Below, piece by piece: positions 1-10,545 of a stretch of DNA of 32,000 nucleotides (positions are counted from its first letter, which is position 1; every line of letters starts with the position of its first letter). Both the position numbers and the translations under genes were made by a program. The DNA is taken from the NCBI RefSeq assembly GCF_012570145.1, contig NZ_CP046206.1, positions 347,011 to 379,010 on the forward strand, read 5' to 3'. The stretch comes from Enterobacteriaceae endosymbiont of Donacia provostii (GTDB lineage Bacteria > Pseudomonadota > Gammaproteobacteria > Enterobacterales > Enterobacteriaceae). Below the pieces are notes generated by a model, which had not been told where the DNA came from, did no database searches, and worked only from the letters and a program-made list of their open reading frames with translations.

Positions 1-6
1 TAATAG

Positions 7-1592
<1,586 letters not shown>

Positions 1593-1643
1593 TACATAAA
1601 TAAATTAATACAATAAATTTATAAAAAAATTTATAAATTTAAT

Positions 1644-1662
1644 ACTCTCTTTTAAAGAGAGT
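1644..1662 (-). promoter_or_regulatory. Leader hairpin (ACTCTCTTT / AAAGAGAGT, 9-nt arms) containing a boxA-like core CTCTTTAA
   Basis: A near-perfect palindrome is visible at 1644-1662, with a G+C-containing flank (GGGCAC on the minus strand). The minus-strand reading at 1659-1652 is CTCTTTAA, identical to the core of the E. coli rrn boxA TGCTCTTTAACAA (9 of 13 overall, consensus from memory). It lies between the candidate rrs promoter and the mature 16S 5' end. The alternative reading is a murI terminator. Confidence 0.3.
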
Positions 1663-1715
1663 GCCCTCAAAAGTTTTTTATAAATTTTTAAAGAACTATA
1701 AAGTTAGTAACAATC

Positions 1716-1743
1716 ATATTACATTTTTTAAAAAAATAGTCAA
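1716..1743 (-). promoter_or_regulatory. Candidate sigma70 promoter for rrs (TTGACT - 16 nt - TAATAT)
   Basis: On the minus strand, TTGACT lies at 1743-1738 and TAATAT at 1721-1716, separated by a 16-nt spacer. An A/T-rich tract lies upstream. The site is about 115-125 nt upstream of the mature 16S 5' end. -10-like hexamers are common in such A/T-rich DNA, but a near-consensus -35 is rare here. Confidence 0.35.
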
Positions 1744-1771
1744 GTATTTTATCTTAATTTTATAAAAAAAT

Positions 1772-2584
1772 TTACGTATTAAATTTTTTAAAAATATGAA
1801 AATTCATTTTTAAAAAAATATTTCGTATTTTATTTATATTTTTATCTATTTTTGTATAATAAACAATATTTTTTTTTTTACTCAATAAATTTTTATTATA
1901 TTTAACTATTTTTTTAAATTTATGAATTACGAAATATTTAGCATCTAAAAATTTTATTTTTTTAGGAAAAACATTTTGTATTTCTTTTTTAATTAAAGGA
2001 AAATGAGTACAACCTAATATAACAGTATCAGGAAATATTTTTAATTTATACCAAGAAAAAAAAATTTTTTTTATTTCATTTAAAATAATTTTATATCCTA
2101 ATAATTTATATTCTGCTAAAAGAACTAATTTAAAAGATGATATAATTTCTATTGTATATTTTTTCCTTAATAAATTTATTTTATTTTGTACTTTATAATT
2201 TTGTATTGTAGTATTTGTAGCTAAAAAACCAATGACTTTATTTTTTGTTTTTTTTATAGCTAAATCAAAAACAGGGGTAACACCAATAATAGGAAAATTA
2301 AAATATTTTTTTAGTTGGGGTAGACTAGAAACACTAGCTGTATTACATGCAATAATAACTAATGAAATATTATGATTTAATGAAATTTTATTTAAAATTT
2401 TAATTAAACGTTTTAAAATAAAACTTTTTGATTTATTTCCATAAGGAAAATATTTATTATCTAATAAATATATGAAATTAATATTTAAGAAAATATTTTT
2501 AATATAATTAAATATTGTAATTCCACCTAATCCGGAATCAAAAATAAAAATAGTAGTTTTAGAAATTAAAATTTTATTTTTCAT
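1772..2584 (-). CDS. murI: Glutamate racemase
   Basis: 270-aa ORF with motifs FDSGLGG, the catalytic-Cys motifs IIACNTAS and LGCTHFP. It lies immediately upstream of rrs, as E. coli murI does relative to rrsB. Confidence 0.9.
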   Translation of the reverse strand: MKNKILISKTTIFIFDSGLGGITIFNYIKNIFLNINFIYLLDNKYFPYGNKSKSFILKRLIKILNKISLNHNISLVIIACNTASVSSLPQLKKYFNFPIIGVTPVFDLAIKKTKNKVIGFLATNTTIQNYKVQNKINLLRKKYTIEIISSFKLVLLAEYKLLGYKIILNEIKKIFFSWYKLKIFPDTVILGCTHFPLIKKEIQNVFPKKIKFLDAKYFVIHKFKKIVKYNKNLLSKKKNIVYYTKIDKNINKIRNIFLKMNFHIFKKFNT

Positions 2585-2711
2585 AAAAATCCTAATGTAT
2601 AAATTTTTTATACATAAAACATTTAATTATTTATATTAAATAATATACAATATTTACTTTAATAAAAAATTTTATTTTACAATAATTTAATCAAATTAAT
2701 ATAATAAAATT

Positions 2712-3875
2712 ATGCAAAAATTAATATATTTAGATTATGCTGCTACTACTCCAGTTGATCCAAAAGTTTTAAAAGAAATGCAAAACTATTTTACTATAAA
2801 TGGAATATTTGGTAATTCATCTTCTTATTTACATACTTTTAGTCTTAAAGCAAGAAATATAATTGAAAATGCTAGAATAAATATAGCAAATATTATTGGT
2901 AGTAAAAAAGAAGAAATAATTTTTACTTCTAGCGCAACAGAATCTATTAATTTAGCAATTAAAGGAATTGCATTTAATTATTTAAATCATAAAAAAAAAA
3001 ATATTATTACAAGTTTTATGGAACATAAAGCCGTACTAGAAACTTGTAATTTTGTAAAAAAATTAGGTATAAAAATTATATATATTAAAAATTCTAATAA
3101 AGGAGTAATTAATTTAAATATATTAGAGAAAAAAATTACTTATCAAACAATATTAGTATCAATAATGCATATTAATAATGAAATAGGAACTATTAATGAT
3201 ATTATAAAAATTGGTGAAATTTGTAAAAAAAATAATGTAATTTTACATGTCGATGCTACCCAAAGTATGGGTAAATATTCATTTAATTTAAAAAATATGA
3301 ATATTGATCTGTTATCATTCTCAGCTCATAAATTTTATGGTCCTAAAGGAATAGGAGTTTTATATATCAAAAACAATAAAAAAAAAATAAATTTATTCCC
3401 ATTACTACATGGAGGTGGACAAGAAAACGGTTTAAGATCAGGAACTTTAGCAACACATCAAATTGTTGGAATGTCTAAAGCATTAAGTATAACTAATAAT
3501 TTAATTAATAAAGAAAAAGAAAGAATAACATTTTTAAAAAAAAAACTATGGTCTGGAATAAAAAATATTCCAGGTATATATTTAAATGGTTCATTAAAAC
3601 ATAGTTCTCCCTATATAATTAATATAGGTTTTAAAAATATTTTTAATAAAATACTTATATTAGAAATGAAAAATATTGCAATATCCACTTCTTCTGCATG
3701 TAACTCAAATAAATATCATTTATCATATGTATTAAAATCTTTAGGATTAAATAACAATTTAATTCAAAGTTCTATACGTATCTCTTTTGGTAGATTTACT
3801 ACTGAAAAAGAAATTAATTATACAATTAAAAAATTTCATTTTATTATTAAAAAAATTAAAAAAAAATACTTATAA
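2712..3875 (+). CDS. iscS: Cysteine desulfurase, IscS type (class I), C-terminally short
   Basis: 387-aa ORF. It is collinear with E. coli IscS: IYLDYAATTPVDPKV, the PLP-Lys motif SFSAHKFYGPKGIG, SGTLATHQIVGM, the catalytic Cys loop STSSACNS, and SSIRISFGRFTTEKEINYTI. It ends about 19 aa earlier than the 404-aa E. coli protein as I recall it. Confidence 0.9.
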   Translation: MQKLIYLDYAATTPVDPKVLKEMQNYFTINGIFGNSSSYLHTFSLKARNIIENARINIANIIGSKKEEIIFTSSATESINLAIKGIAFNYLNHKKKNIITSFMEHKAVLETCNFVKKLGIKIIYIKNSNKGVINLNILEKKITYQTILVSIMHINNEIGTINDIIKIGEICKKNNVILHVDATQSMGKYSFNLKNMNIDLLSFSAHKFYGPKGIGVLYIKNNKKKINLFPLLHGGGQENGLRSGTLATHQIVGMSKALSITNNLINKEKERITFLKKKLWSGIKNIPGIYLNGSLKHSSPYIINIGFKNIFNKILILEMKNIAISTSSACNSNKYHLSYVLKSLGLNNNLIQSSIRISFGRFTTEKEINYTIKKFHFIIKKIKKKYL

Positions 3876-3884
3876 AATTAATAT

Positions 3885-5294
3885 TTAAATAATATGTACT
3901 GAAGTTGTATTTGTTGTACCACTAGGTACTAGTGCACCAGATACCATTACAATGACATCTCCTTTTTTAGCATATTTACTAAATAATGCAACCTTTTTAC
4001 CTATTATATAAAAATCATCTGTAGATGATATTTTATCTACTAATTTTGGTATAATTCCTTTACTTAAAATTAAATTTTGAACTGTTTTTTTATTTGTAGT
4101 TAAAGCTAAGATTATTGCTTTAGGAAAATATTTTCTAATAGATTTTGCTGATTTACCTAATTGAGTAGCAACAATTATTAATGGTGCTTTTAATTTTTCT
4201 GCTATTTCTACTGCACTACGACATACAGCATCAGTAATACTCATATCTTTATTATGATAAAAATTAATTCTATTAGTCATAGTAATATCTGTTCTTTCAC
4301 AAATTATAGACATAATCGAAACAGATTCTAATGGATATTTTCCTTTAGCACTTTCTCCAGATAACATAACTGCATCAGTTCCATCCAAAATAGCATTAGC
4401 TACATCTCCCGCTTCTGCCCTAGTTGGCCTAGGATTTTTAATCATAGAATCTAACATTTGTGTAGCTGTTATCACTATTTTACCCCAAAAATTACATTTT
4501 CTTATAATCATTTTTTGAGCAAAAATAACGTTTTCTACTGGTATTTCTACACCTAAATCTCCTCTTGCTACCATTATACCATCAGATACACTTAATATTT
4601 CATCAAAATTATTTAATCCTTCCTGATTTTCAATTTTAGCTATAATTTGAATGTTATTACCATTATATTTTTTTAAAAATTTTCTTATTTCTAATATATC
4701 TTGTTTTTTACGAATAAAAGAAGCTGCAATATAATCTATCTTATGTTGACAAGCAAAAATTAAATCACATTTATCTTTTTCTGATAAAGATGGTAAATTA
4801 ATAGATATACCTGGTAAATTAATACTTTTATTTTCAGATAATTTACCATTATTTAATATTTTACATATAATATTATTATTTATAATTTTTATAACTTCCA
4901 TAGCAATTAAACCATCATCTATTAATATTTTATTACCAATTTTTAAATCTTTAATAAGATAAGGATATGTAATTGCAACACATTTATTATTACCAATAAT
5001 ATCTTGATTAGTTGTTAATGTAAAAAAATTTCCAGATTTTAAATATACATCTTCTCCTTTATATAATTTCATAGTACGTATTTCTGGACCTTTAGTATCT
5101 AATAAAATTGCTGCATTTATACCTGTTTTTTTAATTACATTTTTTAATGTATTTATTCTTTTTTGATGATCATTATGATTTCCATGTGAAAAATTTAATC
5201 TAGCAACATTCATACCTAATTTTAAAAATTCAGATAAAATATATTTAGATTCTGAACTAGGACCTATAGTACATACTATTTTTGTTTTTTTCAT
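3885..5294 (-). CDS. pykF: Pyruvate kinase I (PykF type)
   Basis: 469-aa ORF. The N-terminus [12 protein letters not shown], the blocks [12 protein letters not shown] and [42 protein letters not shown], and the C-terminus [16 protein letters not shown] all match E. coli PykF (470 aa) rather than PykA. Confidence 0.95.
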   Translation of the reverse strand: MKKTKIVCTIGPSSESKYILSEFLKLGMNVARLNFSHGNHNDHQKRINTLKNVIKKTGINAAILLDTKGPEIRTMKLYKGEDVYLKSGNFFTLTTNQDIIGNNKCVAITYPYLIKDLKIGNKILIDDGLIAMEVIKIINNNIICKILNNGKLSENKSINLPGISINLPSLSEKDKCDLIFACQHKIDYIAASFIRKKQDILEIRKFLKKYNGNNIQIIAKIENQEGLNNFDEILSVSDGIMVARGDLGVEIPVENVIFAQKMIIRKCNFWGKIVITATQMLDSMIKNPRPTRAEAGDVANAILDGTDAVMLSGESAKGKYPLESVSIMSIICERTDITMTNRINFYHNKDMSITDAVCRSAVEIAEKLKAPLIIVATQLGKSAKSIRKYFPKAIILALTTNKKTVQNLILSKGIIPKLVDKISSTDDFYIIGKKVALFSKYAKKGDVIVMVSGALVPSGTTNTTSVHII

Positions 5295-5361
5295 AAAATT
5301 TATATATTCCTAAATATATTTAATTAAAAACTATGAATTTTAACTAAATTAAATATAAATC

Positions 5362-5390
5362 TTATAAAAATAAATACATTATTTTTATAA
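5362..5390 (-). terminator. Candidate intrinsic terminator at the end of the suf operon (12-bp A/U stem, 5-nt loop)
   Basis: TTATAAAAATAA (5362-5373) pairs perfectly with TTATTTTTATAA (5379-5390), with loop ATACA. The structure overlaps the sufE stop codon (5385-5387). On the minus strand it is followed by the U-rich GATTTATATTTAATTT. The stem has no G-C pairs, so it is thermodynamically weak. Confidence 0.4.
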
Positions 5391-5819
5391 AAAAAGATTT
5401 TTATTTAATTTTTTTAATTTATTTTTAATAGTTTGGATAATAATATCTATACCTTCTAATCTAGAAGTAGTTAAATATTTATCAAAAAATAAATCTTTAA
5501 AAAAAGATTTAATATTATCTTTAATAATTTCATTAATTTTTTTTTTATTATAAAAAATAAAAATTATTGTTAATAAACCTTTAATAATAGAAGAATCACT
5601 ATCTCCTTTAAATTTAATTTTATTATTTAAATCAATTTCTATGAGAACCCAAACTCGACTTTGACATCCTGGTATAAAATTTTCTATAGAATGTTGTTTT
5701 TTTGATAAAATAGGAATTTGATTACCTAATTCTATTATATATAAATATTTTTCCTCCCAATTATCACAGTTTAAAAAATTATTAGTAATTTCTTTTTTAC
5801 TAGGTAAATTATATGACAT
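5385..5819 (-). CDS. sufE: Cysteine desulfuration (sulfur acceptor) protein SufE
   Basis: 144-aa ORF with NWEEKYLYIIELG and the active-site motif PGCQSRVW. It is the last gene of the suf array. Confidence 0.9.
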   Translation of the reverse strand: MSYNLPSKKEITNNFLNCDNWEEKYLYIIELGNQIPILSKKQHSIENFIPGCQSRVWVLIEIDLNNKIKFKGDSDSSIIKGLLTIIFIFYNKKKINEIIKDNIKSFFKDLFFDKYLTTSRLEGIDIIIQTIKNKLKKLNKNLFL

Positions 5820-5825
5820 ATATTA

Positions 5826-7058
5826 TTATCGGTTTAATAAATTTTTTATATATATTAATCTATCTATAAAATAATCAATATCATTTTTATTGTTATAAAT
5901 AGAAAAAGAAATTCTACACATAGATTGAACTTTATAAAATTTCATAACAGGAATAGAACAATGATGACCAGTACGTATAGCAATACCGTATTGATCTAAA
6001 AAACTACCTATATCATAAGAATGATAATTAGATAAATTAAATGAAATTATACCAATTCTATTAATATTAGCATTTTTTTGTCCAAAAATTTTAATATCTG
6101 AAATAGAATTAAATTTTTTAAAAGCATATCTTGTTAAAGATTGATTATGTTTAATAATATCTTGAATATTAAAATTCGTAAACCAAGATATAGCTTTACC
6201 TAAACCTATAATTCCTGCTATATTTGGAGAACCTGCTTCAAATTTCCAAGGTATTCTTTCCCAAATAAATTTTTTTTTATATATATCTACAATCATTCCT
6301 CCTCCTCCTTGCCATGGAGGCATTAATTTTAATATTTTTTTTAAACCATATAATACTCCTATACCAGTAGGTCCAAAAATTTTATGTCCTGAAAAAACAA
6401 AAAAATCACAACCGAGTTTTTGGACATCAATTTTTTTAATTGTAATAGCTTGAGCACCGTCAATTAAAGTAATAATATTTTTTTCTTTAGCTAATTTAAT
6501 TATATTTTTAATTGGATTAATCGTACCTAAAACATTAGAAATATACGTAACAGATATTAAACGTGTATTTTTATCAATTAAATTATTAATTTTATATAAT
6601 TTTAAATTTCCATATTTATCTAATGGTATAATACGAATATTAAATCCTATTTTTTGAGATAATATTGTCCATGGAATTATATTAGAATGATGTTCCATTT
6701 CAGATAAAATAATATTTTCATGTGATGAAATATTTTGAACTCCCCAAGTATAAGCTATTAAATTAATACTTTCTGTTGTACTTTTAGTAAAAATTATTTC
6801 TTCAGTATATTTAGCATTAATAAAATGAGCTACTTGATTACGTATCTGTTCCATTTTTTTTGTTGCATTTAAACTTAAACTATAAATACCTCTATTAACA
6901 GAAGAATATGCATTTTTATAAAAATTACTTAATGAAGTAATTACTTTTTTTGGTTTATGTACAGTTGATGCATTATCTAAATAGACAAATTTATTTTCAT
7001 TAATTTTTTTTGAAAAAATAGGAAATTGTTTCCTAATATTTTTTATATTAAAACTCAT
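5826..7058 (-). CDS. sufS: Cysteine desulfurase SufS (class II)
   Basis: 410-aa ORF with HHSNIIPW, the PLP-Lys motif FSGHKIFGPTGIGVLYG and the catalytic Cys motif RTGHHCSIP. It overlaps the sufD stop by 11 nt. Confidence 0.93.
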   Translation of the reverse strand: MSFNIKNIRKQFPIFSKKINENKFVYLDNASTVHKPKKVITSLSNFYKNAYSSVNRGIYSLSLNATKKMEQIRNQVAHFINAKYTEEIIFTKSTTESINLIAYTWGVQNISSHENIILSEMEHHSNIIPWTILSQKIGFNIRIIPLDKYGNLKLYKINNLIDKNTRLISVTYISNVLGTINPIKNIIKLAKEKNIITLIDGAQAITIKKIDVQKLGCDFFVFSGHKIFGPTGIGVLYGLKKILKLMPPWQGGGGMIVDIYKKKFIWERIPWKFEAGSPNIAGIIGLGKAISWFTNFNIQDIIKHNQSLTRYAFKKFNSISDIKIFGQKNANINRIGIISFNLSNYHSYDIGSFLDQYGIAIRTGHHCSIPVMKFYKVQSMCRISFSIYNNKNDIDYFIDRLIYIKNLLNR

Positions 7059-8328
7059 TAAAAAAATTCTCTATTGATAAATAATAAAATATTTTTTTTA
7101 AAATTTTTTTTTTAATAATACTATTATTAATTTCATTTAAAAAATCTAGTATATAAGATATAAGTAAAATATTATATGATTTTTTAAAACTTATACCTCT
7201 TGTTCTTAAAAAGAAAATTTGATCATAGTTTATTTTACCAGTAAATACACTATGTGTACATTTAACATCATCATTTAAAATATCTAATCCAGGTTGAATA
7301 TTTATTTTAGATAATTTATCTAAAAGCAAACTACTATAGTTTAACTGTCCATGTGTTTTTATAGCATCTCTATTAATTTTTAATAATCCTATTAAATTAA
7401 TTATTGATTTATTTAAAGTAATTGCTTTATGTAATTGTACACTACTAGTATTTTTAATACTATGTTCTATAAGATTGTTTATATTTATAATATTAGAATT
7501 TTTAGAAAATAATAAACTTTTATATATTAACTTTGTTTTTTCTCCTAAAAATTTAAAATAATTATTCTGATTAATATATTGATTTGACATAAATATATCA
7601 TATTTTTTATAAAAAACATTATTATATAATATAAATTCATTACTAATTGAACAAAAATTATTATTTTTATTAATATTATTATTAGTAAAAGTATAATGTT
7701 CTAATTTAGAATTATTTTGAATAATAAAAGTATTATAAATATTATTAATATATGGTTTATCTGTATTTATATAATGTTCTATTATAGTAGAAAAAGTATT
7801 TTTTATATAAAAAAAATTTCTATAATTAAACATTGAAATTTTATTTTCTTTATTTATATTATTAAAATATACTATATATAATGGTTTTTTAAGATAAATA
7901 TTTTTTTTATTATTAATATTAATTGATACATATCTCTTTGTAAGAGATTCAGATAAATAATTATAAATATCTTTTTTTAAAATATTATTATGATTCTTAA
8001 TTTTATGTGTATTAATATCTATTTCATAATATTTATTATATATATTACTAAGTTTTTTATTAATTTCACCATTAATAAAAAATAACATTATAGCATTAAT
8101 TGGAAATATTAATTTTAATAACTGATTATTAATATTTTCTAATAAATTAGAATTTACTAAAGATTTATTTTCTAAATATTTGAATAATAATATTTTTTTT
8201 TTATGTAAAAGTTCTTTTTCTATTAATTTTTTTAATTTATATAAATCTATTTCTAATTTATTAGAAGAAAGATATTTTTTATGTAATTTATAAAAATTTT
8301 TTAATTGAGAATAAATATTATATTTCAT
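7048..8328 (-). CDS. sufD: Fe-S cluster assembly protein SufD
   Basis: 426-aa ORF lying between sufC and sufS. The C-terminal block DDVKCTHSVFTGKINYDQIFFLRTRGIS matches the SufD/SufB fold signature. The N-terminal two-thirds is very divergent and N/K/I-rich. Confidence 0.8.
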   Translation of the reverse strand: MKYNIYSQLKNFYKLHKKYLSSNKLEIDLYKLKKLIEKELLHKKKILLFKYLENKSLVNSNLLENINNQLLKLIFPINAIMLFFINGEINKKLSNIYNKYYEIDINTHKIKNHNNILKKDIYNYLSESLTKRYVSININNKKNIYLKKPLYIVYFNNINKENKISMFNYRNFFYIKNTFSTIIEHYINTDKPYINNIYNTFIIQNNSKLEHYTFTNNNINKNNNFCSISNEFILYNNVFYKKYDIFMSNQYINQNNYFKFLGEKTKLIYKSLLFSKNSNIININNLIEHSIKNTSSVQLHKAITLNKSIINLIGLLKINRDAIKTHGQLNYSSLLLDKLSKINIQPGLDILNDDVKCTHSVFTGKINYDQIFFLRTRGISFKKSYNILLISYILDFLNEINNSIIKKKILKKIFYYLSIENFFNEF

Positions 8329-9061
8329 TTATATGCCTATATCCATATTTATCTAAATAGGAAATAATATTTATATTTCCTGATTTAATAATTTTTTTAT
8401 TATATAAAATATGAATATAATCAGGATTTATATAATCAAGAATACGACGATAATGTGTAATAATTAAAAATGATCTATTAGAATTTTTCATAATATTAAT
8501 TATTTTAGATACTAATTTTAATGCATCTATATCTAATCCAGAATCAATTTCATCTAAAATACAAAGATCTGGCTCTAGCAATAACATTTGTAATATATCA
8601 TTAATTTTTTTTTCTCCTCCAGAAAAACCTACGTTAACAAATCTTTGTAAAAATTCTCTTTTTTTACCTAAAATTTTTATTTTTTCATTTATAATTTTAT
8701 TATAAGTAAATCTATCTAATATTATATTTTCTTTATATTTTTTTATTGCTTTTAAAGAATTATATAAAAATATATTGTTAGTAACACCAGGTATTTCAAT
8801 AGGATATTGAAAAGAAATAAAAATACCTTCTCTAGCTCTAATTTCTGGTTTTAAACATAATAATTTTTTTTTTTTAAATAATATTTCTCCTTGAGTAATT
8901 ATATATTCTTTTTTACCGGATATTACATAAGATAATGTACTTTTACCTGAACCATTCGGACCCATTATTGCATGTATTTCTCCTGGATTAATAGATAAAT
9001 TAAAATTATCTAAAATAATCTTATTATTTATATTTACACATAAATTGTTAATTTTTAACAT
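8318..9061 (-). CDS. sufC: Fe-S cluster assembly ATPase SufC
   Basis: 247-aa ORF with Walker A GPNGSGKST, ABC signature FSGGEKK and Walker B LCILDEIDSGLD. It overlaps the sufD start by 11 nt. Confidence 0.95.
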   Translation of the reverse strand: MLKINNLCVNINNKIILDNFNLSINPGEIHAIMGPNGSGKSTLSYVISGKKEYIITQGEILFKKKKLLCLKPEIRAREGIFISFQYPIEIPGVTNNIFLYNSLKAIKKYKENIILDRFTYNKIINEKIKILGKKREFLQRFVNVGFSGGEKKINDILQMLLLEPDLCILDEIDSGLDIDALKLVSKIINIMKNSNRSFLIITHYRRILDYINPDYIHILYNKKIIKSGNINIISYLDKYGYRHINEI

Positions 9062-9093
9062 AATGTTTAATTTTTATTATAAAATATATTATT

Positions 9094-10527
9094 TTATCCT
9101 ATACTATTATCTAAATGAATAGATAATAATTTTTGGGCTTCAACTGCAAATTCTAAAGGAAATTTCATAAAAATTTCTTTACAAAACCCATTGACAATCA
9201 ATGATATAGCATCTTCTAAACTTAATCCTCTTTGTAAACAAAAAAAAATTTGATCTTCTTCAATTTTAGAAGTAGAAGCTTCATGTTCAACTTGTGAAGT
9301 ATTATTTAATATTTGTAAATTAGGATATGTATGTGTACTACATTTAGAACCTATTAAAATAGAATCACATTGAGTAAAATTACGAGAGTTTTCAGCATAT
9401 TTATTAATATATACTATGCTACGATAAGTATTTTTACTTTTTTCTGTAGAAATACTTTTAGAAATAATTGTTGATTTTGTATTTTTACCTATGTGTATCA
9501 TTTTAGTACCAGTATCAGCTTGTTGATTATTATTAGTTAATGAAACAGAATAAAATTCTCCAATAGAATTATCACCTTTTAAAATTACACTAGGATATTT
9601 CCAGGTAATAGCTGCACCTGTTTCTGATTGTGTCCAAGACATTTTACTATTTTTTCCATGACAAATAGCTCTTTTAGTTACAAAATTTAAAATACCTCCG
9701 CTATTTTTTTTTCCTGCAAACCAATTTTGTACAGTTGAATAATTTACTTGTGCATTTTTATGTAAAATTACCTCAACTACAGCAGCATGTAATTGAGAAT
9801 TATTTCTAATTGGTGCAGAACAACCTTCTATATAATTTACATAACTATTTTCATCTGCAATTAAGATTGTACGTTCAAATTGACCAAAATTTTTTTGATT
9901 AATTCTAAAATAAGTAGATAAATCTAAAGGACATTTAGTATTTTTAGGAATATAAATAAATGTACCATCGGAAATAACGGCAGCGTTTAATGCTGCAAAA
10001 AAATTATCATCAGCTGGAACTACAGAACCTAAATATTTTTGAACTAATTTAGGATAATTTTTAATAGCATAATTTAAAGAACAAAAAATTATTCCTTTAT
10101 CTAAAAGCTTTTTTTGATTAGTTGTAATCACTGAAACAGAATCAAAAATAGCATCGATTGCTATATTTGAATTATTCTGAATAGGAAGTTTTAATTTATT
10201 AAAAGTTTTTTTAACTTCATCTGTAAAATACTTATTTTTTACATTATTATTTAATTTATTATATAAAGGAGCTGAATAATAAATATAATTTTGATAATTT
10301 AATTTTTTATAATATCCATTTAACCAATGAGGTTCTTTTTTATTTATCCAAAAATTATATCCTTTTAATCTAAATTCTAACATCCATTTTGGTTCATTAC
10401 GAATTTTAGAAATTTTATATATAATATTTATATTAATACCTGGAGTAAATTCTGTATTTTTTAATTCAGTAGAAAATCCTTCTTTATACATACTATTTTT
10501 TTTAAAATCTTTATAATTATTACTCAT
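9094..10527 (-). CDS. sufB: Fe-S cluster scaffold protein SufB
   Basis: 477-aa ORF with GAAITWKYPS, HIGKNTKSTIISKSIS, CDSILIGSKCSTHTYP and EEDQIFFCLQRGLS, collinear with E. coli SufB. Confidence 0.95.
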   Translation of the reverse strand: MSNNYKDFKKNSMYKEGFSTELKNTEFTPGININIIYKISKIRNEPKWMLEFRLKGYNFWINKKEPHWLNGYYKKLNYQNYIYYSAPLYNKLNNNVKNKYFTDEVKKTFNKLKLPIQNNSNIAIDAIFDSVSVITTNQKKLLDKGIIFCSLNYAIKNYPKLVQKYLGSVVPADDNFFAALNAAVISDGTFIYIPKNTKCPLDLSTYFRINQKNFGQFERTILIADENSYVNYIEGCSAPIRNNSQLHAAVVEVILHKNAQVNYSTVQNWFAGKKNSGGILNFVTKRAICHGKNSKMSWTQSETGAAITWKYPSVILKGDNSIGEFYSVSLTNNNQQADTGTKMIHIGKNTKSTIISKSISTEKSKNTYRSIVYINKYAENSRNFTQCDSILIGSKCSTHTYPNLQILNNTSQVEHEASTSKIEEDQIFFCLQRGLSLEDAISLIVNGFCKEIFMKFPLEFAVEAQKLLSIHLDNSIG

Positions 10528-10545
10528 GTGATTTCTTCTTTTATT

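Noticed and set aside
1615-1637. Tandem direct repeat AAATTTATAAA-A-AAATTTATAAA in the rrs leader.
   Set aside because: It has only two copies, is pure A/T and is partly self-palindromic (TTTATAAA). I cannot distinguish it from chance or slippage in this composition.
2595-2615. 9-bp stem, 3-nt loop hairpin ATGTATAAA-TTT-TTTATACAT in the divergent murI/iscS promoter region, 11 nt upstream of the murI start.
   Set aside because: The stem is short and mostly A/T, and stems of this length are expected by chance in the intergenic DNA. There is no supporting motif for a known regulator.
5295-5384. Looked for a remnant of lpp or ldtE between pykF and sufE.
   Set aside because: The spacer is only 90 nt of pure A/T with no ORF fragment recognisable by eye. 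Any remnant is eroded beyond recognition.
7048-8328. Asked whether the very divergent N/K/I-rich ORF between sufC and sufS could be something other than sufD.
   Set aside because: Its position, its length (426 aa against about 423 in E. coli) and the conserved C-terminal block DDVKCTHS...DQIFFLRTRGIS all fit SufD. The divergence fits relaxed constraint combined with A/T bias.
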